A stretch of DNA of 64,000 nucleotides, from NCBI GenBank assembly GCA_964252035.1, contig OZ176213.1. The stretch is one strand, 5' to 3'. The number at the start of each line of letters is the position of its first letter. The first letter of the stretch is position 1. The notes under the pieces are model-generated. The model saw only the letters and a list, made by a program, of their open reading frames with translations, searched no databases and was not told the DNA's origin. Position numbers and translations under genes: made by a program. The stretch comes from Podarcis erhardii. Lineage: Eukaryota. This document shows positions 12,644 to 22,574 of this stretch, piece by piece.

Positions 12644-12916
12644 TTTGGCTCCTTCTTGCTTGGTGCTTCTGGAGCAAGGCAACAGAAGAACGGTAGTAGC
12701 TTTACAATCTTCTCTGCAATTGTCACTTTCTTCCCCCCCTTTTCTTCTTAACTTTGGCACTCCTCCTCATATGTTGAAATACGAGCTGTGGAGTGCCGTA
12801 ACACAGTCCTTGGAATCATCTGATCGTTCCAGAGCTTTACAGAGACCACTTCACATTCCCTGCTCGTTCATTGAGAGTTTCCATCATGTGCTTTTCCTTC
12901 CTGGTCCTGCAGGCAC

Positions 12917-13031
12917 TATTTATATCAGGCCTGACTAGATAATAACACACGTCAGCTCACTTCCAGGAGCTAGCCCACACTTTCCCTCCTAATTCCCTCC
13001 TAATTTCTGACTCTCTGGATTAATCATTACC
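12917..13031 (-). promoter_or_regulatory. AQP9: AQP9 core promoter: TATAAATA box, CRE/ATF-like TGACGTG, HNF1-like site
   Basis: Minus strand TATAAATA at 12917-12924; TGACGTG at about 12948-12954; GGTAATGATTAAT at 13019-13031, close to the HNF1 consensus GTTAATNATTAAC. Confidence 0.6.
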
Positions 13032-14219
13032 AGCTAATCATGACCCCCACCTCCAAAATAAACACCCATATAATTAAACAAGCTGAGGGCAGGGTGGGGG
13101 ACACGACAGAAAGGCGGGGAAATGATCTCTTATATTACCTGCCAAATTCAAAAGCACTGCAGTAATTGGCTGGTTTTTAAAAAACAACAACACAACAACC
13201 CTCAAAAGATTTTTCCTTTGGATGCTTACCAGGAGGTGTGTCCATACTGAAAAGGTGAGAGTCAGAATTGCTGCTTGCATTTGTGGAATGCATTCTGTCT
13301 CCACATGCCCAGGTGAACAGAGAGCATTTCAGGCAAGGCAAATGAATGACATTGCTCTGGCATCTCACCAGAGAACCTTCTGGGTGTTAAAAACATCAGT
13401 TGAACCCTGCTGGATCATTCAGACTCCTCCGCCAAGGAGCTTCTCGAGGCAGTTTACAAGTAAGCAAAGATAAAAACCACAACGGTCCAATTATTACAAA
13501 ACAAATTATTACAAAAAAGAGGAACAAAGAGCAGCACCAGCTATCAACATATTAAGTAGGAACAGAATCAAAAACTTGCTTAAAAATGAAAGGTTTTCAA
13601 TTCCCGCTAGAACAAAGATAGAGAAGAAGAGGACCCCTAGCCTCTTGAAGCAGGGAGTTCCACAGGCAGGGCCGCCACAGAGAAAGCCCCGCCATGTGTC
13701 GCATCATGGGGGCAGGGGCAACAGGCAATCTTAAAGGATTTGGGGCAGAGTCACATAAGAGACTGCCCTTCAAGGAGTATGGTCTCAAGCTTTTTTAGAT
13801 TTTAAAGGGTCTCAGTTCAAGTAGATCAACAGCCACTTTGGTTCTCAGATCACAGGTTCATTCCTTGTGGAGCCCTTCGATTTCTCTTTGTTCTCCCCTC
13901 TGGTGGTGGGTCAGAGGCTCCAAACTTGGACCCCAGTCCCCAAGTGGTTTCTGTAGTTGCACCCAGGGCCTCAAGGCACTACTCCGCAATCAAATCTGAT
14001 TTCCCACTGGTACCCTGGGAGTCCCCTTTGTCTTTTTTTTCTCTTGCTGCTCCTGGATCACTTCATCCCCTGCTCCAAACTGAAAATCAAAGTCCTGCCA
14101 CAAGTCTTTATCTGGGGGCCCCTTCTTCAGGAACAGCTGGCCCAGTCACCCAAGCTGACAGCCACATATTCCCCTCTCTGCTTATTCCCAATCTCTCTCG
14201 TGCCCCTCGTGGGCCCAAA

Positions 14220-14760
14220 TAAAGGCAAGTAACACAGCATCTCTTGCTCCCCAAACTCACAGGACCCTGGCGGCTGGGGCCTGCTTAAGGGCTGCACTCA
14301 GTATAGGGACTGGTCCCCATCCCACAAGGCCATCTTGGGGCACCCAGAAAGCAAGGTCATGGGAGGGTTTTATCTCACCCAGTTCAGCAGGCACTACCCT
14401 GGTGCATGCCCACGGATCTCCAACTTTCTTCACCGCCACTTCCTCAGGTACCAGCTGCTCTTCCTGCGTGCTCACACATGCCCCCCCATTCCTTCTGCTG
14501 CCCCCTTCTTCTGGCATTTCTGCAGGCACTAGTTCCTCTTGCTCATGCATGCCCACCTCTTCCATCTCCTCCTGCACCGCTGGCACACGTGGAGTGAAAA
14601 GCTCCATAAGCAGCAGTTCTTCACCTCCATCCTGCAGTTTGCTCTCCGCTCAGTCACTTTCCTCCTGCATTTCTTCTTCCACAACAGGCTCCCAGGGGGG
14701 TTGAGACATCTAGCAGAAGCAGCTCCTCAGCTCCAACCAGCTTGCCCTTCTCCATAAGAG
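14220..14760 (-). mobile_element. Degenerate Glu-rich repeat-derived ORF (probable LTR-retroelement relic)
   Basis: ORF 14257-14607 is Glu-rich; an upstream copy of the EELLL..TP..V.EEM.E unit is restored by one frameshift and one TGA. Confidence 0.35.
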
Positions 14761-14761
14761 C

Positions 14762-14935
14762 CAACTCCTAGGGGCTGCGGGGACTTCAGCCCCCACAATA
14801 AAATATTTGAGGGGGCTGGGCCCTCCAAAGTTGATGCATTCCAATGGTGTGCATGCACTGTGTCATGTGATCAGTTATGTGGGCCGGGGCTTACCTGCGT
14901 CCCCCACAATGTTTTATTCAAGTTGGCACCCCTGC
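14762..14935. mobile_element. MITE family (gccaact...agttggc); further copies at about 32905-33065 and 39685-39850
   Basis: Three homologous copies share aataaaatatttgaggggg...ggggcttac...ttttattcaag; short inverted ends. Confidence 0.65.
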
Positions 14936-15454
14936 CCTTCGCGGACGCATCGTCTTCCCCCTTGCTTTCAGCTACTGACTGCCTCTGTTTGCAGTCCCAG
15001 CCCCTCTGCTGCCCATTCGCACTCTGGATCTCTTTGCCCACTCCTTCCAGCTGGGTGCCTTGCAGCAGGGTCCCTGGCTCACTTTCTGCCCCCTGTAGCA
15101 TCTCACACAGCATGGCCCTCACCTCGCGTGGAGTCACGCTTTCCTCTCCACGGAGACTCATCACCCACTTTGCCACCAGGGCAAGAAAAGAAAAGAAAAG
15201 CACTTGGACACAGCTACTTTCTGGCAGAATTTAATCAGAGTCTTGCATCGGGACCAACACAGGGCTTTGTCAAGGCGTTGTGCAAAGACTGCAGGAGTAG
15301 GTTCATCAAGGACATAACAGGAAAAGTATATGTCAACTTGCACATAATCTGATTTGGGGTTTTCTTAGAAACCTGGAAGGAGCTATAAGCCAGTTTCATC
15401 AGAAAACCAACTTCTGCTTTGCAAAATGTCTTGGTCAGAAAGGTGGGCGAAGCA

Positions 15455-15750
15455 GTTGTTGGCATCTGTCTGTCTCTGGAGACAAGGGAGGAGTGCGGCT
15501 CTGGGAGTGAAGTAAAACTGTTGGAAGGTTGCAGCGCCTGCTGTGGCTGTAGAAACCGATACAGGAGAGGCATGTTTTGTTGCAGCTGGGGCAGATGGAG
15601 GAGTCTGATGGTGCTGCTGCAGATGCCCCATGGGGATTCTTCTCTCTGCACTCCTTCCAGCGGTCATTCCTCCTCTGGACACTGCTATGAATGTACAACC
15701 TGACTGTCTGTCTCCAGGCGCTGTGGTCGTCTGCAAGGGGGGGGGGGCGT
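15455..15750 (-). mobile_element. RTE-clade LINE 3' fragment (non-BovB)
   Basis: Minus frame reads WRQTVR...CPSCNKTCLSCIGFYSHSRRC, the RTE C-terminal CxxC...HxxxC zinc knuckle. Confidence 0.75.
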
Positions 15751-16074
15751 GTTGATGTTGCCACCCTTCATGGCACATTTGCAGACATCTTTGTAACACA
15801 GAGTTGGAGAAGCAGTATAGACACCAGAAGCTGTTTCCAGCCTTCCTCCTCCTTCTCCCCCCGCTTCCCCGGCTCTTTCAGATCTCGTTTATTCCCCACT
15901 CCCATACCCTCCAACATTTTTGCCCCCAAAACTGGGGCGTCAAAAGGGGTGCACCTTCCAGTCCAGTGCTCTGGCGCTTGTCAGCTGGGTTGCACCAGAG
16001 CCCTGGTATGACCCTGCTGACCTGTGCCAGAATGAGCATGTTTGGCAAGACATTCAGGGCTTCTAATAGGGAAG

Positions 16075-16449
16075 AATTGATGCCTTTGAATTGTGGTGCT
16101 GGAGGAGACTCTTGAGAGTCCCATGGACTGCAAGAAGATCAAACGTATCCATTCTTAAGGAAATCAGCCCTGAGTGCTCACTGGAAGGACAGAGCCTGAA
16201 GCTGAGGCTCCAATACTTTGGCCACCTCATGAGAAGAGAAGCCTCCCTGGAAAAGACCCTGGTGTTGGGAAAGATTGAGGGCACAAAGAAAAGGGGACGA
16301 CAGAGGACGAGATGGTTGGATAGTGTTCTCGAAGCTACAAGCATGAGTCTGACCAAACTGCGGGAGGCAGTGGAAGACAGGAGTGCCTGGCATCCTCTGG
16401 TCCAGGGGGTCATGAAGAGTCGGACATGACTAAACGACTAAACAACAAC
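16075..16449 (+). mobile_element. RTE-BovB LINE, 5'-truncated
   Basis: WCWRRLLRVPWTARRSN...YFGHLMRR...RGRQRTRWLD; (aac)n tail; 10-bp TSD aatagggaag at 16065-16074 and 16450-16459. Confidence 0.92.
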
Positions 16450-16947
16450 AATAGGGAAGCCCAGTTCTTTTGAGCACTCTATGTTCAGCCCCAATCTGTG
16501 GAGGCCCATCAGCAAACTGGGTACTGTAGCCCCATGGATAATTGACACTGAAGCTTATTTCTGTGAGAGTCTTAAGTCCTTCTTAGCTAAACAAAGGGGA
16601 GGATATAGGAAGATCAGTGGTGGTGGTGGGGATGTCACACGGGGGACATTCCCAGCCCTATTTGGAGATGCCAGTGGGAACTGAGCCTGTGACCTTGTGT
16701 GGGCAAAGCATGGGCTCAACCACTTTGCTCTGATCTTTCTCCCAGTATCAGAAGAATAGGCAGCAAGTCTCTCAGCAGAGGCAGGTTTCTCGGTATGAGG
16801 AGCAAGCACTGAGGCCCAGGGCTTTATAGGGCCTGGTGTGCTGGGACTGACTGGTTGGGTGCAGCTGATGGGATGCTCTGGAAAGTTGGCACAGTAGCCT
16901 AGAAGCTCCAGTCTGCTGGGTTTGCAAAGGGAGTGAGAAGCATGGTA

Positions 16948-16948
<1 letters not shown>

Positions 16949-16993
<45 letters not shown>

Positions 16994-17458
16994 TTATTTA
17001 TATCCCGCCCATCTGGTTGGGTTTCCCCAGGCACTCTGGGCATCTTCCAACAAAATATTAAAAATACATTAAAACATCAGTCATTAAAAACTTCCCTAAA
17101 CAGGGCTACCTTCAGATGTGTTCTAAAAATCTGGTAGTTGTTTATTTCCTTGACATCTGAAGGGAGGGCGTTCCACAGGTCGGGTGCCACCACTGAGAAG
17201 GCCCTCTGCCTGGTTCCCTCTAACCTCACTTCTCGCAGTGAGGGAACCGCCAGAAGGCCCTCGGAGCTGGACCTCAGTGTCCAGGCTGAATGATGGGGGT
17301 GGAGACGCTCCTTCGGGTATACTGGGCCAAGGCCATTTAAGGCTTTAAAAGTCAGCACCAACACTTTGAATTCTGCTCGTAAACGTACTGGGAGCCAATG
17401 TAGGTCTTTCAAGACCAGTGTTATGTGGTCTTGGCGGCCGCTCCAGTCACCAATCTAG
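16949..17458 (-). mobile_element. L2 LINE 3' fragment with (TAA)n tail
   Basis: LHWLPV..R.EFKVLVLTFKALNGLGP...RAFSVVAP.LWNALP is the L2 C-terminal signature; (taa)n at 16949-16992. Confidence 0.88.
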
Positions 17459-18228
17459 ACCAATGCTTTTTTCTGCCTGAAGTAAATGAGAAGTTTGTGT
17501 ACACCCACACCCACCCACACCCACACCCTACATACAAAAGCTGACTGGAGCAGCCGCTGAATCTTGTTTCAGAGCTGGTGAAGGGCAGCGTCTTTGTAAC
17601 ACGACTGAGGCAAGAGGCTACCTTAAGGGTGCAGGGCAGGTCACGTGGCCTAGAGAGGAATGGTTGAGGATTCTACAAGGAAGAGTTAGGGGCCTGCTGT
17701 TATGAGTTAGGGGCCTGCTGTTATGACCTCCTCCAGAGGATTTTGCCTCACTCTGCCTAATGGTAGAGCCAGCCCCTATGTTCAACACAAGCCCCAACAT
17801 GTGAGTGTGTGTGTGCACACGTGCATGGACACAAACACACACCCTTTCTCTTTCACACAGTGTTATTTAATCCCTGGCAGGAAGTGTGCCATTGCTGCTG
17901 CCACAGCATGCCCCTGACAGTTCCCATGCCCAGTTAGTCAATATGAGATTATAAAAAGGGCGTGAAATTCAGGCATTAACATTTACCCAGAGCAGTTTTT
18001 GTTTAGTTAGCTGTGGCATACCTGCTGGGGCTTGTGAGAGTCCCCTGGAGGCTTCAGGTGCAGCCTAAGTCCTGTGAGGCGTGCCCTTGCCCACCAGGCA
18101 GCAACGTGCAGGATGCTTGACCATGTATTCAATAGGCAATATGATCTAGCTGTCCTTTGTTCCAGGTCTCTTATTCAGGGCTGCAAGGTGTGGTGGAACA
18201 ACACCCCATGTAAACCTATAATCTACAT

Positions 18229-18340
18229 GGGGAAGTGCTGTAGCTTAATGGCAGAGCGTCCGACTCACATGCTGAAGGTCCCAGGTTCAATCCTTGGCAT
18301 CTCCAGGTGGGGTTGAGAAGGTCTCCTGCCTGAAACGCTG
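18229..18340 (+). mobile_element. tRNA-derived short SINE (Squam3-like); related copies at about 22090-22250 (+), 29000-29170 (-), 53050-53390
   Basis: gtagcttaatggcagagc...gaaggtcccaggttcaatccttggcatctcc A/B-box head shared among the copies. Confidence 0.55.
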
Positions 18341-20169
18341 GCATCCTTCCATCCACTCATTTGCAGCTACAGAGTCACAACATGCCTGAGTCTGCACAAC
18401 TGATAAAGGGACCTTCAACACTGGTAGCAGATGCAGACATCAACCTGACACTCAAGGCGGCTCTGAAGGTCACCATGAACTCAGTTGGTTGGGCCAGCCC
18501 TCATGCCTGGGACTCCTTGCCTTGGATACTGTGTGTATTTGGCTTTGACACCAAGGGGGTAGATCTCTTTGTTTCAGAAAAATCTTCAGGGGCCTTTTGG
18601 GCCAGGTTTCTCACGATAAGGCAGCAGGAGTGGGTGGCAGCAGTTTGCATTTACTGGGTAATAAGCAGACTTATTTTTGGATTAGGGAATGTCTCTGGGT
18701 GAGGCCTTTACAGGAGTCAAAATCTTAGAGGGAGAGGTCGTGGCAAGTACCCAAAAGGCTATCCGAGGCAATAATGATTCCCCTCTGTGTAACATTTTAT
18801 GAGCTCCTGGGAATCACCCAGTGTCACAAAGGGAGATGCAGGCAAGGTACACAGGGAGGAGTGAGAGAGTCATAATCCTTTAAGACCGTAATTACCCTTT
18901 TATGCTGGGCCTGTTTCCTTTTACTGCTGCTTTTCTTCTTAGGGCTGCTAACTTAAATAAAGGAAAGGTGATTTATGGTCACTGTGCAGTGTGTTAAAGG
19001 GCGTGGGGATCTTCCTGTGGCCTTGCATGCTGGGAGTGCTATTTAAGCCATATTCTCTAAGGACCACAGGACCCAAGCATCTGACCATTCAGATTCTGTT
19101 TCTATCACCAGTGTCCAGGACCTGAAAACCAGGCTCAAGCAATGCCAACTTTTGCCCTGAACCCAGAGCTCCTCCGTGGGCTCTGGGTTCCTATCCTGCT
19201 CAGCTCTCAGATGCCAGATTATTCCAGGCTTGGCTCTGAGGGACTCTAGGGCTAGGACCTCCTTTGCCTCCAAGTCCACCACCTGACTTTGACATCAAGT
19301 GCTGGCAACGTCATTTCATGCTGCTTCAGATTTCATGTCATCCTACTCTTTGGGGTCATCCCCCGTTGGAGACTCTGGTCTTCCTTCTTAACCCGCTGCT
19401 ACTGTTTCTCCTCCAGGCCTGGAAAACTGAGTTTGGTGGTACCATCTAGGCTGCAGTACCAGCCAGTGTGCACATTCCATCAGCTGAGCTCCCCCTTGCA
19501 CCAGGCTCTATCCTGGCCCATCAGGCCCTGTAACAAAACCTGCTGCTAGGACTGGCCAACTTGGTGCTCTCTTGATGTTGCTGGACTCCAGCTCCCACCA
19601 TCCCTGGCTGGTGAGCATGCTGGCTGAGGCTGGTGAGAGCTGGAGCTGAACAACATGCGCAGGGCACCTTGTTGGCTACCCTGCCCTACATGTGCCAAGC
19701 CAGCTTTGGAGGCTCAGCGCGCTACCCTGCCCACATGTGAGACCAGACTGCTGGGCTCCACCAGCAGACGGCCTACTTGGTGGCGCTGGGACTTAGAACT
19801 TTCTCTCTTGGTGACAGTCTGGCCGGTTCCTTCCTTCCCAGTTCGAGACAGCTGGTAAAGCTTTTGCTAATTCCGGCCAGCTTTTAAGGCCGCTTTTTCT
19901 CTAAGCCACACTTTCCGAATAAAAATTCTTTGCACCACACCACATTTTTATTGATAAGAAATACAATGGAAAACAAAGAGAAACTCCTAGCCGTGCTTGA
20001 TTTATAACATAGAACACAACTACTTTATAATATGATCATGGGACATCCAGACAGTATAAAACAAAGAACATGAACCATTTAAAAAAATGAATCATTCCCA
20101 AAATGTAATTATAAACATATGTACCATAAGTATGTATGCGAACTTAATGAGAGGTGTGAGCTTGCCAGC

Positions 20170-20480
20170 TAATCTCGTTTAGACAAACATACTCTCATTG
20201 CCTCATCAGCACAAAGAAGCCTTTCTCTTTTCCGATCTCCCATATTTGACAGAGTTGGAAATCCCTGCTCACAACAATATGTCGTGAAGAACTATAGCAT
20301 AGCCAATGCTGTTGAAGAGAAGTGTGGGTACTGTTTCTGGTTGTATATTGTTGTATATCCAAAGAGTCCAGTGCTGTGCAGTAAATGACACTGAAATGCT
20401 TAAATGCTTCTTTGATGGTCTTTGAATCTTCCTGTCACACTTGCCACCCTCTCCTGCCACACCAATGCAAGCGATAACAC
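20170..20480 (-). mobile_element. hAT (Charlie/Buster-like) transposase C-terminal dimerisation-domain relic
   Basis: Manual translation YPHFSSTALAML*FFTTYCCEQGFPTLSNMGDRKRERLLCADEAMRVCLS matches the hATC pattern YP.L...AL..L.PF.TTY.CE.GFS....K.K.R.RL......MR..LS; contains stop codons. Confidence 0.75.
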
Positions 20481-20792
20481 TTGAGCTATTTGGCTTTCTG
20501 TAGAGTCTCAGCACCTTGACCCTATGCAAGGACAGTTTCTGCCTGTGCTCCTGGGCTCAATGGCCAGTCCACTCTGGACCTTGCCCTCTGCTTGATGTTG
20601 ACTGTGTGTTGCAGTCTTCTGGGACACTGGGATGGGCTGTCTGACAGCCCTGTCAAGCGCCTTGTCCGGTGTCTAAACCTTGCCGAGGCCAGACAGAGCC
20701 CACCCCTCCCACTGACCGCTATTGTTTGCATCTCCAGACAAGGATTTGGGTCCAGGTGTTTGCTGACCTCAACCCTTCCCTCCTTTCCAGAG

Positions 20793-20793
<1 letters not shown>

Positions 20794-20828
<35 letters not shown>
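20794..20828. repeat. (GT)n microsatellite; other simple repeats: (CA)n at about 2065-2096, 57883-57940, 61374-61411; (GATA)n at about 60830-60872
   Basis: Read directly from the sequence. Confidence 0.9.
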
Positions 20829-20832
<4 letters not shown>

Positions 20833-21520
20833 GAAGGATTACTCCCGGATTAATTCCAGAGCCCTTTTCATCGCCAGCAGAAAAATCTCCATCCCCTTAA
20901 CCCAGGCTCCATATTCATTAAGCCATAATGACTCTATTAATTGAATATGTAAGTTTGCTTAATTAGACACAAGACTTATTTCTTCAGTTTAAAGGGTAAA
21001 AATAAAAAATTTAAGCAGGCGGACAAGATCGAGCATTTAGCGATGATGGATGGGAACTGGGAAAGTGCAATATCCCAAGATGGAGGTGGTTAATGGCACC
21101 CGCTCATTAGGCGATGTACATTAGCAGAAAGGTCAGTCCATTTTGGGGCTTGATGCGTTTCTCAGATAGTAAATTTTAAGCAGGGGTGGGTGGGAAGGGG
21201 AAGGTACACTGAGAAAGAGCTGGAAATGGGGGTGGATGCCATTGGACCCCAGGGGGAGCACAGTGGTTTTCAGAAGCAGCGCTGGGACCAGATTACTTCA
21301 CATGGGTGGAAAGCTTGGCATTTCACTATTGGGGAAGATCTGTATGGGTGTGTGGCTCTTTTGGGCTCCGTATCATCACATTGGGCCTCTGGAACTCCCT
21401 GCCTCATGAGCTCTGTCTGAATCCTCCCCTCAAAACCTGTTCTGAGGGAGCCTAGTTAGAAAAAGAGAAGCTGACCTTTGGCAACAGTGTGTCGGAAGGG
21501 GTCATAGTTCAGAGACAGAG

Positions 21521-22050
21521 CTGTCTCACCAGAGTGGTGCATGCTCTAGTTATCTCCCGCTTGGACTACTGCAATGTGCTCTACGTGGGTTACCTTTGAA
21601 GGTGACCCGGAAACTGCAATTAATCCAGAATGCGGCAGCTAGACTGGTGATTGTGAGTGGTCGCTGGGACCACATAACACCAGTCCTGAGAGATCTGCAT
21701 TGGCTCCCAGTACGTTTCCGAGCACAATTCAAAGTGTTGGTGCTGACCTTTAAAGCCCTAAACGGCCTTGGCCCAGTATACCTGAAGGAGTGTCTCCACC
21801 CCCATCGTTCAGCCCGGACACTAAGATCCAGCGTTGAGGGCCTTCTGGCGGTTCCCGCATTGCCATAAGTGAGGTTAGAGGGAACCAGGCAGAGGGCCTT
21901 CTCGGTAGTGGTGCCCGCCTTGTGGAACGCCCTCCCTTCAGATGTGAAGGAAATAAGCATCTATCTTATCTTTAAAAGACACCTGAAGGCAGCCCTGTTC
22001 CCCAGAGTGGCTGGGGAAACTCAACCAGATGAGTGGGGTATAAATAATAA

Positions 22051-22083
<33 letters not shown>
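21521..22083 (+). mobile_element. L2 LINE 3' fragment with (ATT)n tail
   Basis: SRLDYCN...RKLQLIQNAAARLV...HITPVLRDLHWLPVRFRAQFKVLVLTFKALNGLGP. Confidence 0.9.
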
Positions 22084-22085
<2 letters not shown>

Positions 22086-22574
22086 GCATCTGTCTTGAAT
22101 ACAGAGGGTCCCAGGTTCAGTTCCTGGCACCTTCAGGTAGGGCTGGGAGAGAACCCAGCCTGAAGTCCTGGGGAGCGGCTGCCAGTAAGAGTAAGCAGTA
22201 CTGAGTTAGATGGACCAGTGGTCTGACCCAGTAGGCCAGCTTCCTATGGTTCTTCCTCGACTATGAGCTGAATTCTCCCCACTGGGGGGCTCTACTCTGG
22301 CTTCCTGTTTCACTTTATTGCATTGTATTTTAATCGCCTTGGGCAAAGTATTTTACCATCATAGCACCGGATATGTTGTGCCGTCAGGATCCCCATCTCA
22401 GGGCCAACCTAAGACCGTGTGCTTGAGGGAGGGCCTTGACCCTCCATTTCTCAGCTGCCCTTTGGAGCAACTGGTTGGAAGAACTGCCTGCCTGCTTGGC
22501 CTCTTCACAAAAGGGGTGGGGGGAGTCAATCCAGTTTGAATTTAAAGGCCAACTTGCCTCATTCGCACTTCCTT

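Noticed and set aside
12399-12938. 179-aa plus-strand ORF
   Set aside because: Antisense shadow of AQP9 exon 1 and its leader.
14807-15352. 181-aa ORF
   Set aside because: Begins in a MITE; low-complexity; no domain.
16555-17043. Poly-Leu, poly-CV and poly-TH ORFs (also at 21869, 33527, 61008)
   Set aside because: Translations of (TAA)n and (CA)n microsatellites.
17682-17724. 21-bp tandem duplication gagttaggggcctgctgttat
   Set aside because: Simple local slippage with no further structure.
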